Positions 38,507 to 47,283 of a stretch of DNA of 57,304 nt are shown in pieces. Made by a program: the position numbers and the translations under genes. The notes under the pieces are model-generated. The model did no database searches, had not been told where the DNA came from, and saw only the letters and a program-made list of their open reading frames with translations. The stretch spans positions 1 through 57,304 of the IMG/VR virus record IMGVR_UViG_3300046001_004161; one strand, given 5' to 3'. Source of the stretch: a virus. Lineage: Duplodnaviria > Caudoviricetes. Within the stretch, counting starts at the first letter, position 1; the number at the start of each line of letters is the position of its first letter.

Positions 38507-39439
38507 TTAGGCGCTAGGAATACGAACAGTAGCGTTAATTGTTGCAGCAGTAGGTTCTAATACCCACGGAACACTGGCACCAGTTGCAAATTGCACGCCT
38601 GTTCCTTGAGTTAGTGTAGCCTTTCGAGCAGTTAGCTTAGTAACATAATACGTGCCACCTGCCGAATCGGTAGCAACAATTGCCATCTCACCAGCTACGG
38701 TCGGAACACTTGCTTTTAGTTTGCAAATTGCCGTACCGTCTTGCGTAGTAATCTTGTAACGGCTTCCACTGACTTGCTTAACTACGTCGTTGCCAGAAGT
38801 GCGGTTAGTTGCCCCAGCAGTAATACCTTGAACAACAATTGCGTTTGGGTTAGTTGTTGTCAATACTGCGGTTGCAGTTAAGGTACCTTGTGTGCCGCCG
38901 ACTAGTGTAACAGCCGGTACTGAAGTATACCCACTACCTGCGAGCACAACGTTAACAGCTGAAATTCTACCTGCCGGAGCAGTAGTGCCACCAAGTGTAA
39001 TAACTAAGTTATTGGCAGGACTTGTGCCGCCTAATGCTGTACCTAAAATCGTAATGGTTTCAGTAGGGATATAACCGGAACCGACGGAAGTTACTGCCTG
39101 AACAGCATAAACAGTCGCAGAGTGCGAAATTGTAAATACTGCACCGACGCCTGCTACGCTACCTGTAGCAACAATGCCAGGGTATTGTGCAGTACCAGCA
39201 ACCGCAGTGCCGACTGGAGCAAAAGTAGTTGTAGCTACGATTGCGCCGGTTGCGTACACCGAAAGAGTACCAGTTGCAGTAATGCCACCGACAGTAGACG
39301 GTGCTGCAAAAGTAACCGAACCTGCACCGTAACCGGACGAGTTGTTAGTACCGCCTAGAGTTACACTTCCAACGCTTTCGCCGCCGAGACCACCTACACC
39401 TGTGTTACCGAAATATTTCTTGCTTAATGGACGTCCCAT
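38507..39439 (-). CDS. probable virion structural protein (Gly/Thr/Val-rich)
   Basis: MGRPL start, GSGY repeats, strong SD, TAAATA upstream, own terminator. Confidence 0.65.
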   Translation of the reverse strand: MGRPLSKKYFGNTGVGGLGGESVGSVTLGGTNNSSGYGAGSVTFAAPSTVGGITATGTLSVYATGAIVATTTFAPVGTAVAGTAQYPGIVATGSVAGVGAVFTISHSATVYAVQAVTSVGSGYIPTETITILGTALGGTSPANNLVITLGGTTAPAGRISAVNVVLAGSGYTSVPAVTLVGGTQGTLTATAVLTTTNPNAIVVQGITAGATNRTSGNDVVKQVSGSRYKITTQDGTAICKLKASVPTVAGEMAIVATDSAGGTYYVTKLTARKATLTQGTGVQFATGASVPWVLEPTAATINATVRIPSA

Positions 39440-39551
39440 TTTGTTTCTCCTTTGTTTTGTATCTACTTCGACGTTCGAGGTCTACGCGGGGAATCCGCAT
39501 AAAGTCATACTGTCAATAGTATTTAGCCTCTAAACAAAGAATACTGCTATT

Positions 39552-39622
39552 TGGTACCCACGGAAGGAGTCGAACCTTCATAAACTGGTTTAGGAAACCT
39601 GTTTCCGTCCATCGGCGTGGAT
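39552..39622 (-). tRNA. tRNA-Arg(CCT)
   Basis: Loop TTCCTAA, CCA, short D-arm. Confidence 0.75.
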
Positions 39623-39626
39623 GTAA

Positions 39627-39797
39627 TTACTGGCCGCCACCTTTTAGTGCTTTAGCGTCTAGACACTCTTTAAGGTTAGGCTCTTTCTTGCACTTTTCTT
39701 CAAATGCTACTGCCTCTTTCTGTGGTTCTGTTAACTGATTACAGCCAACTGCAAATAACATTGTTGCTGCTAGTACTGCGGATAACGATAACTTCAT
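39627..39797 (-). CDS. 56-aa lipoprotein (possible exclusion lipoprotein)
   Basis: MKLSLSAVLAATMLFAVGC lipobox, C...C pair, SD AGGAG. Confidence 0.7.
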   Translation of the reverse strand: MKLSLSAVLAATMLFAVGCNQLTEPQKEAVAFEEKCKKEPNLKECLDAKALKGGGQ

Positions 39798-39855
39798 TTT
39801 TGAATCTCCTTTAATTTGTTTACTACTTATTCGCTCTTTAAAGCCTCAAAATTTT

Positions 39856-39932
39856 TGGTACCCGAGGCCGGATTCGAACCGGCAACCACTTACTTTTAAG
39901 GCAAGCCGTACTACCAATTATCGCACACGGGC
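39856..39932 (-). tRNA. tRNA-Leu(TAA), short variable loop
   Basis: Loop CTTAAAA, CCA. Confidence 0.85.
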
Positions 39933-39937
39933 ATTTA

Positions 39938-40063
39938 CAGGATAGCGCCTTTCGGCTTTTTGACTAGTGACTGAACCAATTCGTCTACGTTTAGCAAATT
40001 GCTAACCGACGGGACTCGAACCCGCATACCCCCAGTTTATTTTTAGTTGCTGTAACTATCCTA
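39938..40063 (-). ncRNA. UAG-stem/CAGCA module RNA enclosing a circularly permuted tRNA (YrlA-like)
   Basis: TAGGATAG-TTACAGCAA, T-arm, loop-closed acceptor, D-arm, CTATCCTG. Confidence 0.75.
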
Positions 40064-40069
40064 AATTTA

Positions 40070-40672
40070 TTACTCGCCGAACTGTTCCCAGTTGTTGCTA
40101 AACTTAGCCTTCAACTTGGCAATATAGTCCTGCGTTTTGATCTTTACCATGTAGTCATCGCCCTTGGCAACAACACCTTCATCTAACTGTTGGTATCGTC
40201 CCATTCTCACATCGCGAATAAACTCTGCTGTAAGATCACCTTCGTATATCACTTCTGCGCACTCGGCCATGTCACCGAATGTTTCTAGAAATTGGCGCGG
40301 CCTCATACGACCTTGCTTATACAGAAATACATCAATTAGCTTTAGTTCTTTAGGATCGCCAAGTACATGGCCTCCTGCGAAACTCTGCGCACCAAAGTAC
40401 TCAGTGAATACTGTAATGCGCTGCGGCTGTTTGACGAGTTGTTTGACACGATATTCGATCTCTTCTGCCATCTTGTCTTTAAACAAAGGGATAGCGTCTG
40501 CGAACTGCGAATCGTTTTCGTCAAACAAATGATTACGTGTTCCGTACTTAGTCCATCCTTGCTTCGGAGAATACTCCCAGCGTAGGTTAGAACCGTCATA
40601 CTTGAAAAAGGCGATACATGATTTCCTCAGAGGAGATCTTTTGCTCCCCGGAATGCTTGGGTATTGCAACAT
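40070..40672 (-). CDS. ATP-dependent RNA ligase-like nucleotidyltransferase
   Basis: KYDGSNLR, TEYFG, LIDV, EGVVAK, VKIK. Confidence 0.8.
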   Translation of the reverse strand: MLQYPSIPGSKRSPLRKSCIAFFKYDGSNLRWEYSPKQGWTKYGTRNHLFDENDSQFADAIPLFKDKMAEEIEYRVKQLVKQPQRITVFTEYFGAQSFAGGHVLGDPKELKLIDVFLYKQGRMRPRQFLETFGDMAECAEVIYEGDLTAEFIRDVRMGRYQQLDEGVVAKGDDYMVKIKTQDYIAKLKAKFSNNWEQFGE

Positions 40673-40798
40673 ACTTTAGTCCTTTATGTTAGGTCGAGCT
40701 AGAGCCAGACCAAAAGGCCTGGGCTCTTAAGTTGTGTATGATACCGATAAGCGTGAAAATACAGTCATGATGTGTTTCTCCTTTTTAGTTATAATAGT

Positions 40799-40870
40799 TG
40801 GTAGTGATCCCGGGTGTCGAGCCCGGTAGGTCAGCCTTATGAGAGCTAACTGTCTGCCGAGACGATCACT
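40799..40870 (-). tRNA. tRNA(CAT), Met or Ile2
   Basis: Loop CTCATAA, CCA. Confidence 0.75.
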
Positions 40871-40879
40871 ATTTGTTTC

Positions 40880-40954
40880 TGGAGTCAGCGGTAGGTATCG
40901 AGCCTACATCTTCGGTTTTGCAGACCGAGGCCCATCCATTTAGACCACGCCGAC
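40880..40954 (-). tRNA. tRNA-Cys(GCA)
   Basis: Loop CTGCAAA, U73, CCA. Confidence 0.9.
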
Positions 40955-40959
40955 ATGTT

Positions 40960-41035
40960 TGGCTTCCCATGACGGTGACGATCCGCCTCCTGCGGTTTTG
41001 GAGACCGCCGTTCTGCCAACTTGAACTAATGGGAA
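40960..41035 (-). tRNA. tRNA-Trp(CCA)
   Basis: Loop CTCCAAA; D-stem GTTC/GAAC. Confidence 0.9.
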
Positions 41036-41044
41036 ATTTGTTGC

Positions 41045-41118
41045 TGGTGCTCTTACCTGGAATCGAACCAGGGTTACATCCGTACCAAGGATGCGTAATA
41101 CCACTATACTATGAGAGC
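41045..41118 (-). tRNA. tRNA-Thr(GGT)
   Basis: Loop TTGGTAC, CCA. Confidence 0.9.
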
Positions 41119-41233
41119 AAAATCTTTACATACGAATCGAGCGTATCATCACCCAACTTCATGGCCTACCTTGCAATGGTCGACATATGCTCGGTTATCG
41201 GTGTTCCATTGTAGTGACAGTAAAGATAAAATT

Positions 41234-41322
41234 TGGCGGAGATGGTAGGATTCGAACCTACGGGCCGAATAAACGACCACTGCTTTCCAAGCAGCTCCAA
41301 TGGGCCTCTCTGGCACATCTCC
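41234..41322 (-). tRNA. tRNA-Ser(GGA)
   Basis: Long V-arm, G73. Confidence 0.9.
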
Positions 41323-41329
41323 AATTGTT

Positions 41330-41404
41330 TGGTAGTCCATGACGGATTCGAGCCGCCTTCTGTGCGATGTCGACGCACTGTTCTAACCAGTGAACTAATG
41401 GACT
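41330..41404 (-). tRNA. tRNA-Val(GAC)
   Basis: Loop TCGACAT; nt 8-10 form the endonuclease stop codon. Confidence 0.8.
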
Positions 41405-42030
41405 AATGTTCTGCGACCTTTCCTCCAACCGTCAGGAATAGGATCAATTTTTTTTATCTTCTTGCTTTCTATTTCATTCGTAATCCATATTGTTCCTGAT
41501 TGCGAATTTTTGTCACCTTGTTGATGACCAATTTCTTTGTATGTATTAATACGCTTTAATTTGGTAGACTCCGAATTCGCTTCAATTCTACCGTTTGTAT
41601 TCCAAGACAACCGTGTCTCATACGACACTTTTTCAAATCTGTTTTTGTGTATCTTGTGCCAATCTAAACTTTTCCTTGCAATTTCTGCTTTTTCTCGATC
41701 TAGATCGTTCCACCCAACTTTCCTGGTTGACAAGTTATTAGAGTTAATGTAATCGAACCCACCAAATCCACCTCGACGTAAATTATACACATCTTCTCTC
41801 AATAGAAACTCATCTGTTACCACTTCTTTTTCACGAGCGAACATAGCAGCCGAATCATCGAACTGCTCAAGTATCGTCTTCGTAAAGTTTTCGATCCCGT
41901 ACTTCTTCATTGCGGATCGAATGACTTTTCCAGAGCCCATATAACCATCGTCCATAGACTTGGTCTTATGCACTCCTACGTAAATTTTGCCATTCAGATT
42001 GTTTCTGATTTCATACAAGTAATAGAACAT
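41395..42030 (-). CDS. Seg-like GIY-YIG homing endonuclease (start MFYYLYE)
   Basis: YLYEIRNNLNGKIYVGVH...GYMGSG; SD AAGGAGG; CATAAATA upstream. Confidence 0.9.
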   Translation of the reverse strand: MFYYLYEIRNNLNGKIYVGVHKTKSMDDGYMGSGKVIRSAMKKYGIENFTKTILEQFDDSAAMFAREKEVVTDEFLLREDVYNLRRGGFGGFDYINSNNLSTRKVGWNDLDREKAEIARKSLDWHKIHKNRFEKVSYETRLSWNTNGRIEANSESTKLKRINTYKEIGHQQGDKNSQSGTIWITNEIESKKIKKIDPIPDGWRKGRRTLVH

Positions 42031-42072
42031 AATGTCCTCCTTACAAGTATTTATGCAAAATCTACTCTTGTG

Positions 42073-42154
42073 AGGAGAATAATGGACTCGAACCATTGCC
42101 CTTTCGGACAGGCCAGCTTTCGAAACTAGTTAATGCCCAGCACACCTACCTTCC
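42073..42154 (-). tRNA. tRNA-Ser(CGA), 3' end altered and no CCA
   Basis: Loop TTCGAAA, V-arm; abuts the endonuclease leader. Confidence 0.65.
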
Positions 42155-42236
42155 AAATTCTGTCTGCTTACGATTATGCAGCACTAGTATTGATGCTCAG
42201 TGACCACCGTTGGGTGGTTTAGCTCTAGTCGATTTC

Positions 42237-42327
42237 TGGCGGAAGTGGGCGGATTCGAACCCCCTAACCCCTTTCAGGGTCAAACAGCTTTCAAGGCTGT
42301 GTCGCGCTCCGAGACGATAGCACTTCC
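42237..42327 (-). tRNA. tRNA-Ser(TGA)
   Basis: Loop CTTGAAA, V-arm. Confidence 0.85.
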
Positions 42328-42332
42328 ATTGT

Positions 42333-42503
42333 TTATTTCAAGGCCGCAATTTCTGCCTTTAGTTTCTTGATTCGTTCAGTTAATGTTGGAACACTAACTT
42401 CTGCCGCACCGTGTTTCTTTTTGGTTAAAGCATTTAGCAATTCTGCCTCAGAAGCAGCGAGTTGTTCTTGCAATCGAATCTTCTTCTTTTCAACTTTACT
42501 CAT
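42333..42503 (-). CDS. 56-aa basic coiled-coil protein (MSKVEKKK...)
   Basis: SD AAGGAG; not in the ORF track. Confidence 0.65.
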   Translation of the reverse strand: MSKVEKKKIRLQEQLAASEAELLNALTKKKHGAAEVSVPTLTERIKKLKAEIAALK

Positions 42504-42522
42504 CTCTGCTCCTTTCTATGTT

Positions 42523-42598
42523 TGGTCCCTCCCGTTGGTTACGCTCCAACCTCTACGGATTTTCAGTCCGTCGCTTTCACTAGATTAGCTTGAGAGGG
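42523..42598 (-). tRNA. tRNA-Phe(GAA)
   Basis: Loop CTGAAAA; atypical T-loop. Confidence 0.8.
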
Positions 42599-42781
42599 AA
42601 TGTTCTTTGACAGACAATCATCATAAACGTACTCCGCCTGTCAGGGAGAGTGTTTATTGTTTCGCTGATAGTCTGGTAATTACTCCGTCCTATCGTCACC
42701 ATCCAAATCGTCGCTATGATCACTCACGATAGACCTCGGTGGCCATCCGTACCTTAAGGGGTCGTGACGGAAACAAATATT

Positions 42782-42855
42782 TGGCTGTCTAGTGAGGACT
42801 CGCACCTCTATCCACCCTTGCGCTGGGGTATGCTGATCTCTTACACTACTAGACA
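42782..42855 (-). tRNA. tRNA with atypical 8-nt anticodon loop (CAGCGCAA)
   Basis: Perfect acceptor stem, D/T arms and CCA; no U33. Confidence 0.65.
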
Positions 42856-42861
42856 ATTGTT

Positions 42862-42936
42862 TGGAAGCCCTGGGTGGAATTGAACCACCTTACCTGCTTT
42901 CAAAGAGCAGTATCTGATCCAGTCGATTTCAAGGCT
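42862..42936 (-). tRNA. tRNA-Gln(TTG)
   Basis: Loop CTTTGAA, CCA. Confidence 0.75.
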
Positions 42937-42943
42937 ATATTCT

Positions 42944-43017
42944 TGGCAGGGGAGTACGGGATCGAACCGTAACTTGAAGAGTCAGAGTCTTCTGTACTGC
43001 CATTATACTACTCCCCA
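42944..43017 (-). tRNA. tRNA-Gln(CTG)
   Basis: Loop CTCTGAC. Confidence 0.9.
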
Positions 43018-43120
43018 ACATTGTTCGTACAGCTAGGAGCGACCCTATATACCCAAGTCGGATCAAAGAGGTCTCGCTACTCTCATATGATCACTTTGGC
43101 TCTGGTACATTTGCTGTGTT

Positions 43121-43194
43121 TGGTGGGGGCACTGAGAATCGGACTCAGGTTGACTGGTTAAAAGCCAGATGTCCTACCACTGGACGATACCCCC
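43121..43194 (-). tRNA. tRNA-Lys(TTT)
   Basis: Loop CTTTTAA. Confidence 0.85.
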
Positions 43195-43199
43195 AAATT

Positions 43200-43445
43200 T
43201 TATTCTTTCGGAAATCTGAGTTCCGTTGTTCTACGCTTTGTCCAGTTGTAATCTGGGCCAGTTACATCAACACCTGGCTTACCTACGCTGTTTGGGTTCT
43301 CAGACACCATTGTCACGAAACGAACACCTTCTTCGTTGCGTAGTGACTCGCACTTGTTTAGCGCGGTCTTTAAGTCATGCACGATAGCCGCACACGGCCA
43401 ATGGTCATCATCTGGAAGAACTCTCGTCCAGTATACACAATACAT
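43200..43445 (-). CDS. hypothetical protein
   Basis: FVTMVSENPNSVGKPGVD...YNWTKRR. Confidence 0.7.
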   Translation of the reverse strand: MYCVYWTRVLPDDDHWPCAAIVHDLKTALNKCESLRNEEGVRFVTMVSENPNSVGKPGVDVTGPDYNWTKRRTTELRFPKE

Positions 43446-43464
43446 TATTATCTCTTTTCATTAG

Positions 43465-43656
43465 TTATACATCTGTTGGTTTCTTAGGAGTCCATACTCC
43501 CACTTTTTCACATGACGTTGTAATTGGTTTCTCTGCTTCTACTTGTGCCAATGCTGCCTGACATTCTTGTTCTGAATTAAAGAACACACTCATAAAAATA
43601 TAATCAGGTATTGCCGGCGATGTCATTGCTATAACCCAGGCTACAATAAAATTCAT
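43465..43656 (-). CDS. small secreted/membrane protein
   Basis: SD AAGGAG; F.SEQECQAA. Confidence 0.65.
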   Translation of the reverse strand: MNFIVAWVIAMTSPAIPDYIFMSVFFNSEQECQAALAQVEAEKPITTSCEKVGVWTPKKPTDV

Positions 43657-43700
43657 GTCGTGCTCCTTTAGATAAAGTATTTAACCTAAAGGAGCGAATT

Positions 43701-43774
43701 TGGTGCGGGTACTAGGAATCGAACCTAGGTGGACTGGGTAAGAGCCAGCTATTCTACCATTGAACTACACCCGC
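43701..43774 (-). tRNA. tRNA-Lys(CTT)
   Basis: Loop CTCTTAC. Confidence 0.85.
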
Positions 43775-43924
43775 TTAGAGCTTGCGACGCGTTGTATGAA
43801 GTGATACAAGGATAAGTCTGGCAGTCTTAGTGCCTGCGACTAGATTCAGTATCTAGCGGGTTGATTCGTCTTATGCTTCTACTGCGCAACTCTTCTCTCA
43901 CTAGAGACATCCACGCAGCACCTA

Positions 43925-44149
43925 TTACTTCATATTGTCAAGTTCGTCATTCTTTAACCACGGAAACTCTTTAGTAAAGAGCTCTGGCCTAGAAAGTACA
44001 AACCACCACAAACGAATATGATTGATTCTGTTGCTGCTATCCATTGGGTCTTTCTTACCTTTAACGAAAACAAACACTATAGTTACCAAACCTATTAGTG
44101 TCGCAAACGAACCCGATAGTAATAACAGAAACAAAAAAATATCTAGCAT
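43925..44149 (-). CDS. membrane protein (start MLDIFLF)
   Basis: TM helix plus SSNRINHIRLWWF. Confidence 0.65.
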   Translation of the reverse strand: MLDIFLFLLLLSGSFATLIGLVTIVFVFVKGKKDPMDSSNRINHIRLWWFVLSRPELFTKEFPWLKNDELDNMK

Positions 44150-44178
44150 ACTCGTCCTTGGTATTCTTGGTACTTGTT

Positions 44179-44252
44179 TGGTGGAGGTGGAGAGAATCGA
44201 ACTCTCACGAAAAGCTTGCAAAGCTTCCAGGCTCCCATTACATCACACCCCC
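44179..44252 (-). tRNA. tRNA-Ala(TGC)
   Basis: G3:U70, loop TTTGCAA. Confidence 0.9.
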
Positions 44253-44275
44253 AAATTTAAATCTGCTACTTGTTC

Positions 44276-44349
44276 TGGAGCGGCATGTCAGAATCGAACT
44301 GACGTCATCAGCTTGGAAGGCTGTCATAATACCATTATACTAATGCCGC
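44276..44349 (-). tRNA. tRNA-Gly(TCC)
   Basis: Loop CTTCCAA, U73. Confidence 0.9.
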
Positions 44350-44393
44350 GTTAAATTTATTTATCTGCTGTAAATCTGCTGCTAATAAAACTT

Positions 44394-44488
44394 TGGTAGT
44401 CCCCGAGGGTATCGAACCCTCCCGTCACCGCCTATCTAGCAGTTCTCACAAGTTTATAAAACTCGTCCGCTTCCCAGAGCTGAGGACC
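44394..44488 (-). tRNA. tRNA-Ile(TAT) with long variable arm
   Basis: Loop TTTATAA; about 26-nt V region. Confidence 0.75.
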
Positions 44489-44494
44489 ATATGT

Positions 44495-44570
44495 TACGAT
44501 GGAGCGTGGAATCGAACCACATCAATGCTATCGACTTATGAGTTAAGCACATCGATTTGCCGCTCCCATC
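44495..44570 (-). ncRNA. degenerate tRNA-like element (CAT loop, no CCA)
   Basis: GATGGGAGC/GCTCCATC, CTCATAA, GTGG-TTCGATT-CCAC. Confidence 0.45.
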
Positions 44571-44614
44571 GCTGGCCAGCTGCGCTATCATTGACTACCA
44601 TAAACCCCAAAGCT

Positions 44615-44686
44615 TGGCCTCCACGGAGAGAATCGAACTCCCACAAGCAAGGGTAGAAACCTCGCCGCTGCTCCATCAGCGTGGAG
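44615..44686 (-). tRNA. tRNA-Arg(TCT)
   Basis: Loop TTTCTAC. Confidence 0.8.
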
Positions 44687-44693
44687 AATAATT

Positions 44694-44769
44694 TGGTACC
44701 CAGGGTCAGACTCGAACTGACATACTCCCACTTGTAAGGAGGGCGCTAGAACCTCTCAGCTACCCGGGC
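44694..44769 (-). tRNA. tRNA-Val(TAC)
   Basis: Loop CTTACAA. Confidence 0.85.
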
Positions 44770-44776
44770 ATTATTC

Positions 44777-44864
44777 TGGAGCGACCTGAGAGAATCGAAC
44801 TCTCATCTGGGCTTTCGCCACGCTAGTTTGGAAGACTAGTGCCCAACCATTAGGCCAAGGCCGC
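44777..44864 (-). tRNA. tRNA-Gly(TCC) with long variable arm
   Basis: Loop CTTCCAA; GGC-GAAA-GCC V-arm; U73. Confidence 0.85.
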
Positions 44865-44874
44865 ATTTGTAAAA

Positions 44875-44935
44875 CAGGATACACATTGGTTTTTCAATTA
44901 AAAGTTGAATTTTGTAAGGTGCTGTAGGTATCCTA
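44875..44935 (-). ncRNA. UAG-stem/CAGCA module RNA enclosing a Lys(UUU)-like anticodon stem-loop
   Basis: TAGGATAC-CTACAGCA...TTCAA-CTTTTAA-TTGAA...GTATCCTG. Confidence 0.7.
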
Positions 44936-45094
44936 AAACTTAAATTCTTGCTCTGCCGTCCGTCTCGGCTCTAGATCGAAAGCTGATCGCCCTTCTGGAT
45001 GAGTTCCTAGCAGTCATATACTAACCTGCACATAAGTAGGCTCACGTTAATGCCAGTCAGTCCCAAGTGCCCGCTGGTCCGGTTTCTAAGTAAC

Positions 45095-45168
45095 TGGTCC
45101 CCGGTGCCGGAATCGAACCGTTCCTTTTCGTTCGAAGCGAAAGATGCATCCAATACACCTCACCGGAG
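45095..45168 (-). tRNA. tRNA-Arg(TCG)
   Basis: Loop CTTCGAA. Confidence 0.8.
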
Positions 45169-45169
45169 A

Positions 45170-45376
45170 TTATTTCTTGGCAGACAGTTTATTCAACGCC
45201 TCAATTAATTCAGCAATCGAAGCAGGATGAACAACATCTTTGTATTTTACTTTAAACTTATCGTGCGGCAATTTCTTAGGATCAGTTGTAGCAGGGAAGC
45301 CGTTCAGCATGGCCATCCACATGTTTAGCTTTTCTATCTCCTCTACTAACTTATCTAAGTTAGGAATGCCTAACAT
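45170..45376 (-). CDS. hypothetical protein
   Basis: ORF track. Confidence 0.55.
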   Translation of the reverse strand: MLGIPNLDKLVEEIEKLNMWMAMLNGFPATTDPKKLPHDKFKVKYKDVVHPASIAELIEALNKLSAKK

Positions 45377-45377
45377 G

Positions 45378-45737
45378 CTATCCTGCGTCCCGTATTAAAA
45401 AGTTTGGACGGATCTTTGCAGGATTGCAAAAGTCTTTAATGCATTGTTCAGCAACCTTCGGGTCAAAATTCTTACAACTGAATATGTCAATGTACACTTC
45501 ACCAGTGTTCATCAAGTGACCTGTTATATTGCTTGTTGAAATTAGCTGCACGAAACTGTATCCTTCTTTCGGATCACCTTCGCACAAGTATTCGATAATT
45601 GGTTCGCCAACTGCGACCATGTCAATTTTTACAATTACGTCTTTAATAAATGCTGCGATTGCATCTTTGCTGCGCACGGCATCTTTGTCGCACCCAGCGC
45701 AATCAAACATAGCATGATATCCAAAAAATGTGCTCAC
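45378..45737 (-). CDS. speD: S-adenosylmethionine decarboxylase-like proenzyme
   Basis: GYH..FDC..C, GYSFVQLISTSNITGH, YIDIFSCK. Confidence 0.8.
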   Translation of the reverse strand: MSTFFGYHAMFDCAGCDKDAVRSKDAIAAFIKDVIVKIDMVAVGEPIIEYLCEGDPKEGYSFVQLISTSNITGHLMNTGEVYIDIFSCKNFDPKVAEQCIKDFCNPAKIRPNFLIRDAG

Positions 45738-45773
45738 TTAATTCTCCAGTTATCATGATATTTATTCTAAGCT

Positions 45774-45847
45774 TGGAGCCCTATGTAGGAATCGAACCCA
45801 CGTATCCTGATTACAAAACAGGCAGTCTACCATTGAAATAATAGGGC
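45774..45847 (-). tRNA. tRNA-Thr(TGT)
   Basis: Loop TTTGTAA. Confidence 0.85.
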
Positions 45848-45853
45848 GTTGTT

Positions 45854-45941
45854 TGGCGGAGAGACTGGGATTCGAACCCAGGCGACCCTTGCGGGTCGGC
45901 GGTTTAGCAAACCGCTGCAATAGCCACTATGCGACCTCTCC
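45854..45941 (-). tRNA. tRNA-Ser(GCT)
   Basis: Loop TTGCTAA, V-arm. Confidence 0.9.
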
Positions 45942-45951
45942 ATAAATTGTT

Positions 45952-45987
45952 TGGTGCCCATGGTCGGACTCGAACCGACAAAAGTCT
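45952..45987 (-). pseudogene. orphan 3' half of a split tRNA (Leu-like)
   Basis: T-arm + CATGGGC-A-CCA; pairs with the 5' half at 46714-46752. Confidence 0.8.
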
Positions 45988-46065
45988 TGGTGGGAACGAT
46001 GAGATTCGAACTCACAAGCAAAACGTTCTCAACGTTTTAGGTTTACCGATTTCCGTCACGTTCCC
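45988..46065 (-). tRNA. tRNA-Leu(GAG), carried by the inserted element
   Basis: Loop TTGAGAA; first 23 nt overlap the endonuclease C-terminus. Confidence 0.85.
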
Positions 46066-46681
46066 AATTTTCAATTCTTTTCTGTAATTCATCTAAGGAC
46101 ACAGCGCACCGTCGTCCTTTTCTTGCGTTATCTAAATGCAAAATAAACCTGCAATTGGCAGGATGCGAAATTATCTTAGGGTCAATATTATTATCATAAC
46201 CATAAATGACAGATACAACATGATCTCTTACAACTCCGGCAAAATTTGGTCTGTAGCCATTGCTATACATTCCATGTTCAACCAATAGCGAATACCCCTC
46301 AATCTTGTCAATTATGCCAGATAAGTTAAACTGGCATTGTTCTCGATAGATAATCTTCCTTAGCACTTCTTCATCTGTGGTTTTTCTTTTCCCTCGTTTT
46401 GTATCTGCATGTTTCTTAATTCGAGGATCATTTTCTTTAGTTAGCCCCTTTGCCCATGAACGGTTTGACTTAGAGAAGCCAACATGCCGCCCTTCCGCAT
46501 GGCATTTAGCTACTTGCTGGCTATTCTTTTGTTTGTTGGCCGGGCATTTAGTTGAAGAAGAACAGCACATCTTTTTCCCGGTTCGATTCTGATACTGTGC
46601 AGTTTGACCACATCCATATGAGCATAACTCGTCGGTAATTATTTGGTCTGCTGGCTTTGGCCCTCTCTTATTCATAAACAT
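46043..46681 (-). CDS. HNH-like endonuclease inserted in a tRNA
   Basis: CSYGCG; RDHVVSV...HPANCRFI...N..K; TATAAATA at 46704-46711. Confidence 0.8.
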   Translation of the reverse strand: MFMNKRGPKPADQIITDELCSYGCGQTAQYQNRTGKKMCCSSSTKCPANKQKNSQQVAKCHAEGRHVGFSKSNRSWAKGLTKENDPRIKKHADTKRGKRKTTDEEVLRKIIYREQCQFNLSGIIDKIEGYSLLVEHGMYSNGYRPNFAGVVRDHVVSVIYGYDNNIDPKIISHPANCRFILHLDNARKGRRCAVSLDELQKRIENWERDGNR

Positions 46682-46713
46682 TCCCTTTTAATTGGTATAT
46701 GTTTATTTATATA

Positions 46714-46752
46714 AATCAAGTAGCTGTGCCAATTTGCATTTACCACACGGGC
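46714..46752 (-). pseudogene. orphan 5' half of the split tRNA (Leu-like)
   Basis: GCCCGTG...CTTGA-TT, stopping at the anticodon. Confidence 0.8.
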
Positions 46753-46758
46753 GTAACT

Positions 46759-46831
46759 TGGATTTCCTATGCGGAATCGAACCGCTTAAAATGTTTTGCA
46801 GGCACCTGCCTCTCCATCTGGCTCTAGGAAA
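46759..46831 (-). tRNA. tRNA-Cys(GCA), weak anticodon stem
   Basis: Loop CTGCAAA, U73. Confidence 0.65.
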
Positions 46832-46834
46832 TTC

Positions 46835-46910
46835 TGGTGCCCTCTGTCTGACTCGAACAGACCACCTGCGGTTTACAAAACCGCTGCTCTACCGGATGAG
46901 CTAAGAGGGC
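46835..46910 (-). tRNA. tRNA-Thr(TGT)
   Basis: Canonical cloverleaf. Confidence 0.9.
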
Positions 46911-46916
46911 GAAACT

Positions 46917-46990
46917 TGGTGCGGGGTGGGAGAATCGAACTCCCATCTTAACGTTGGCAACGTTAGGTCCTACCATTAAACGAACCACGC
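46917..46990 (-). tRNA. tRNA-Gly(GCC)
   Basis: Loop TTGCCAA. Confidence 0.85.
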
Positions 46991-47036
46991 ATGTAATTTA
47001 TTTATCACTTAGTGAATGCTGCGTTAAACTTATAAT

Positions 47037-47121
47037 TGGTGGATGCGGTTGGACTTGAACCAACAGTGCCAGAGGCGGAAGATTTACAGTCTCCTGGGGT
47101 TACCAATTTTCCTACACATCC
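47037..47121 (-). tRNA. tRNA-Tyr(GTA)
   Basis: Loop CTGTAAA, V-arm. Confidence 0.9.
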
Positions 47122-47126
47122 ATGTT

Positions 47127-47197
47127 TGGCACCCTCGACAGGAATCGAACCTGTCAACCAAGTTTCGCAAACTCAGTGCTATTCCATTAGCGAGGAT
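47127..47197 (-). tRNA. tRNA-Arg(GCG)
   Basis: Loop TTGCGAA, short D-arm. Confidence 0.75.
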
Positions 47198-47201
47198 GTT
47201 T

Positions 47202-47276
47202 TGGTGGCCTAGTTGGGAATCTGACCCACTAAACTGTCATGTAAAAACAGTATGAAAAACATTTCATGTCATGGCT
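47202..47276 (-). pseudogene. degenerate tRNA (possible TAC)
   Basis: CCA and hairpins present; poor acceptor stem and T-loop. Confidence 0.45.
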
Positions 47277-47283
47277 AATTGTT

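Noticed and set aside
42031-42096. N-terminal extension of the GIY-YIG ORF in the ORF track
   Set aside because: It overlaps tRNA-Ser; the SD and the paralog place the start at 42030.
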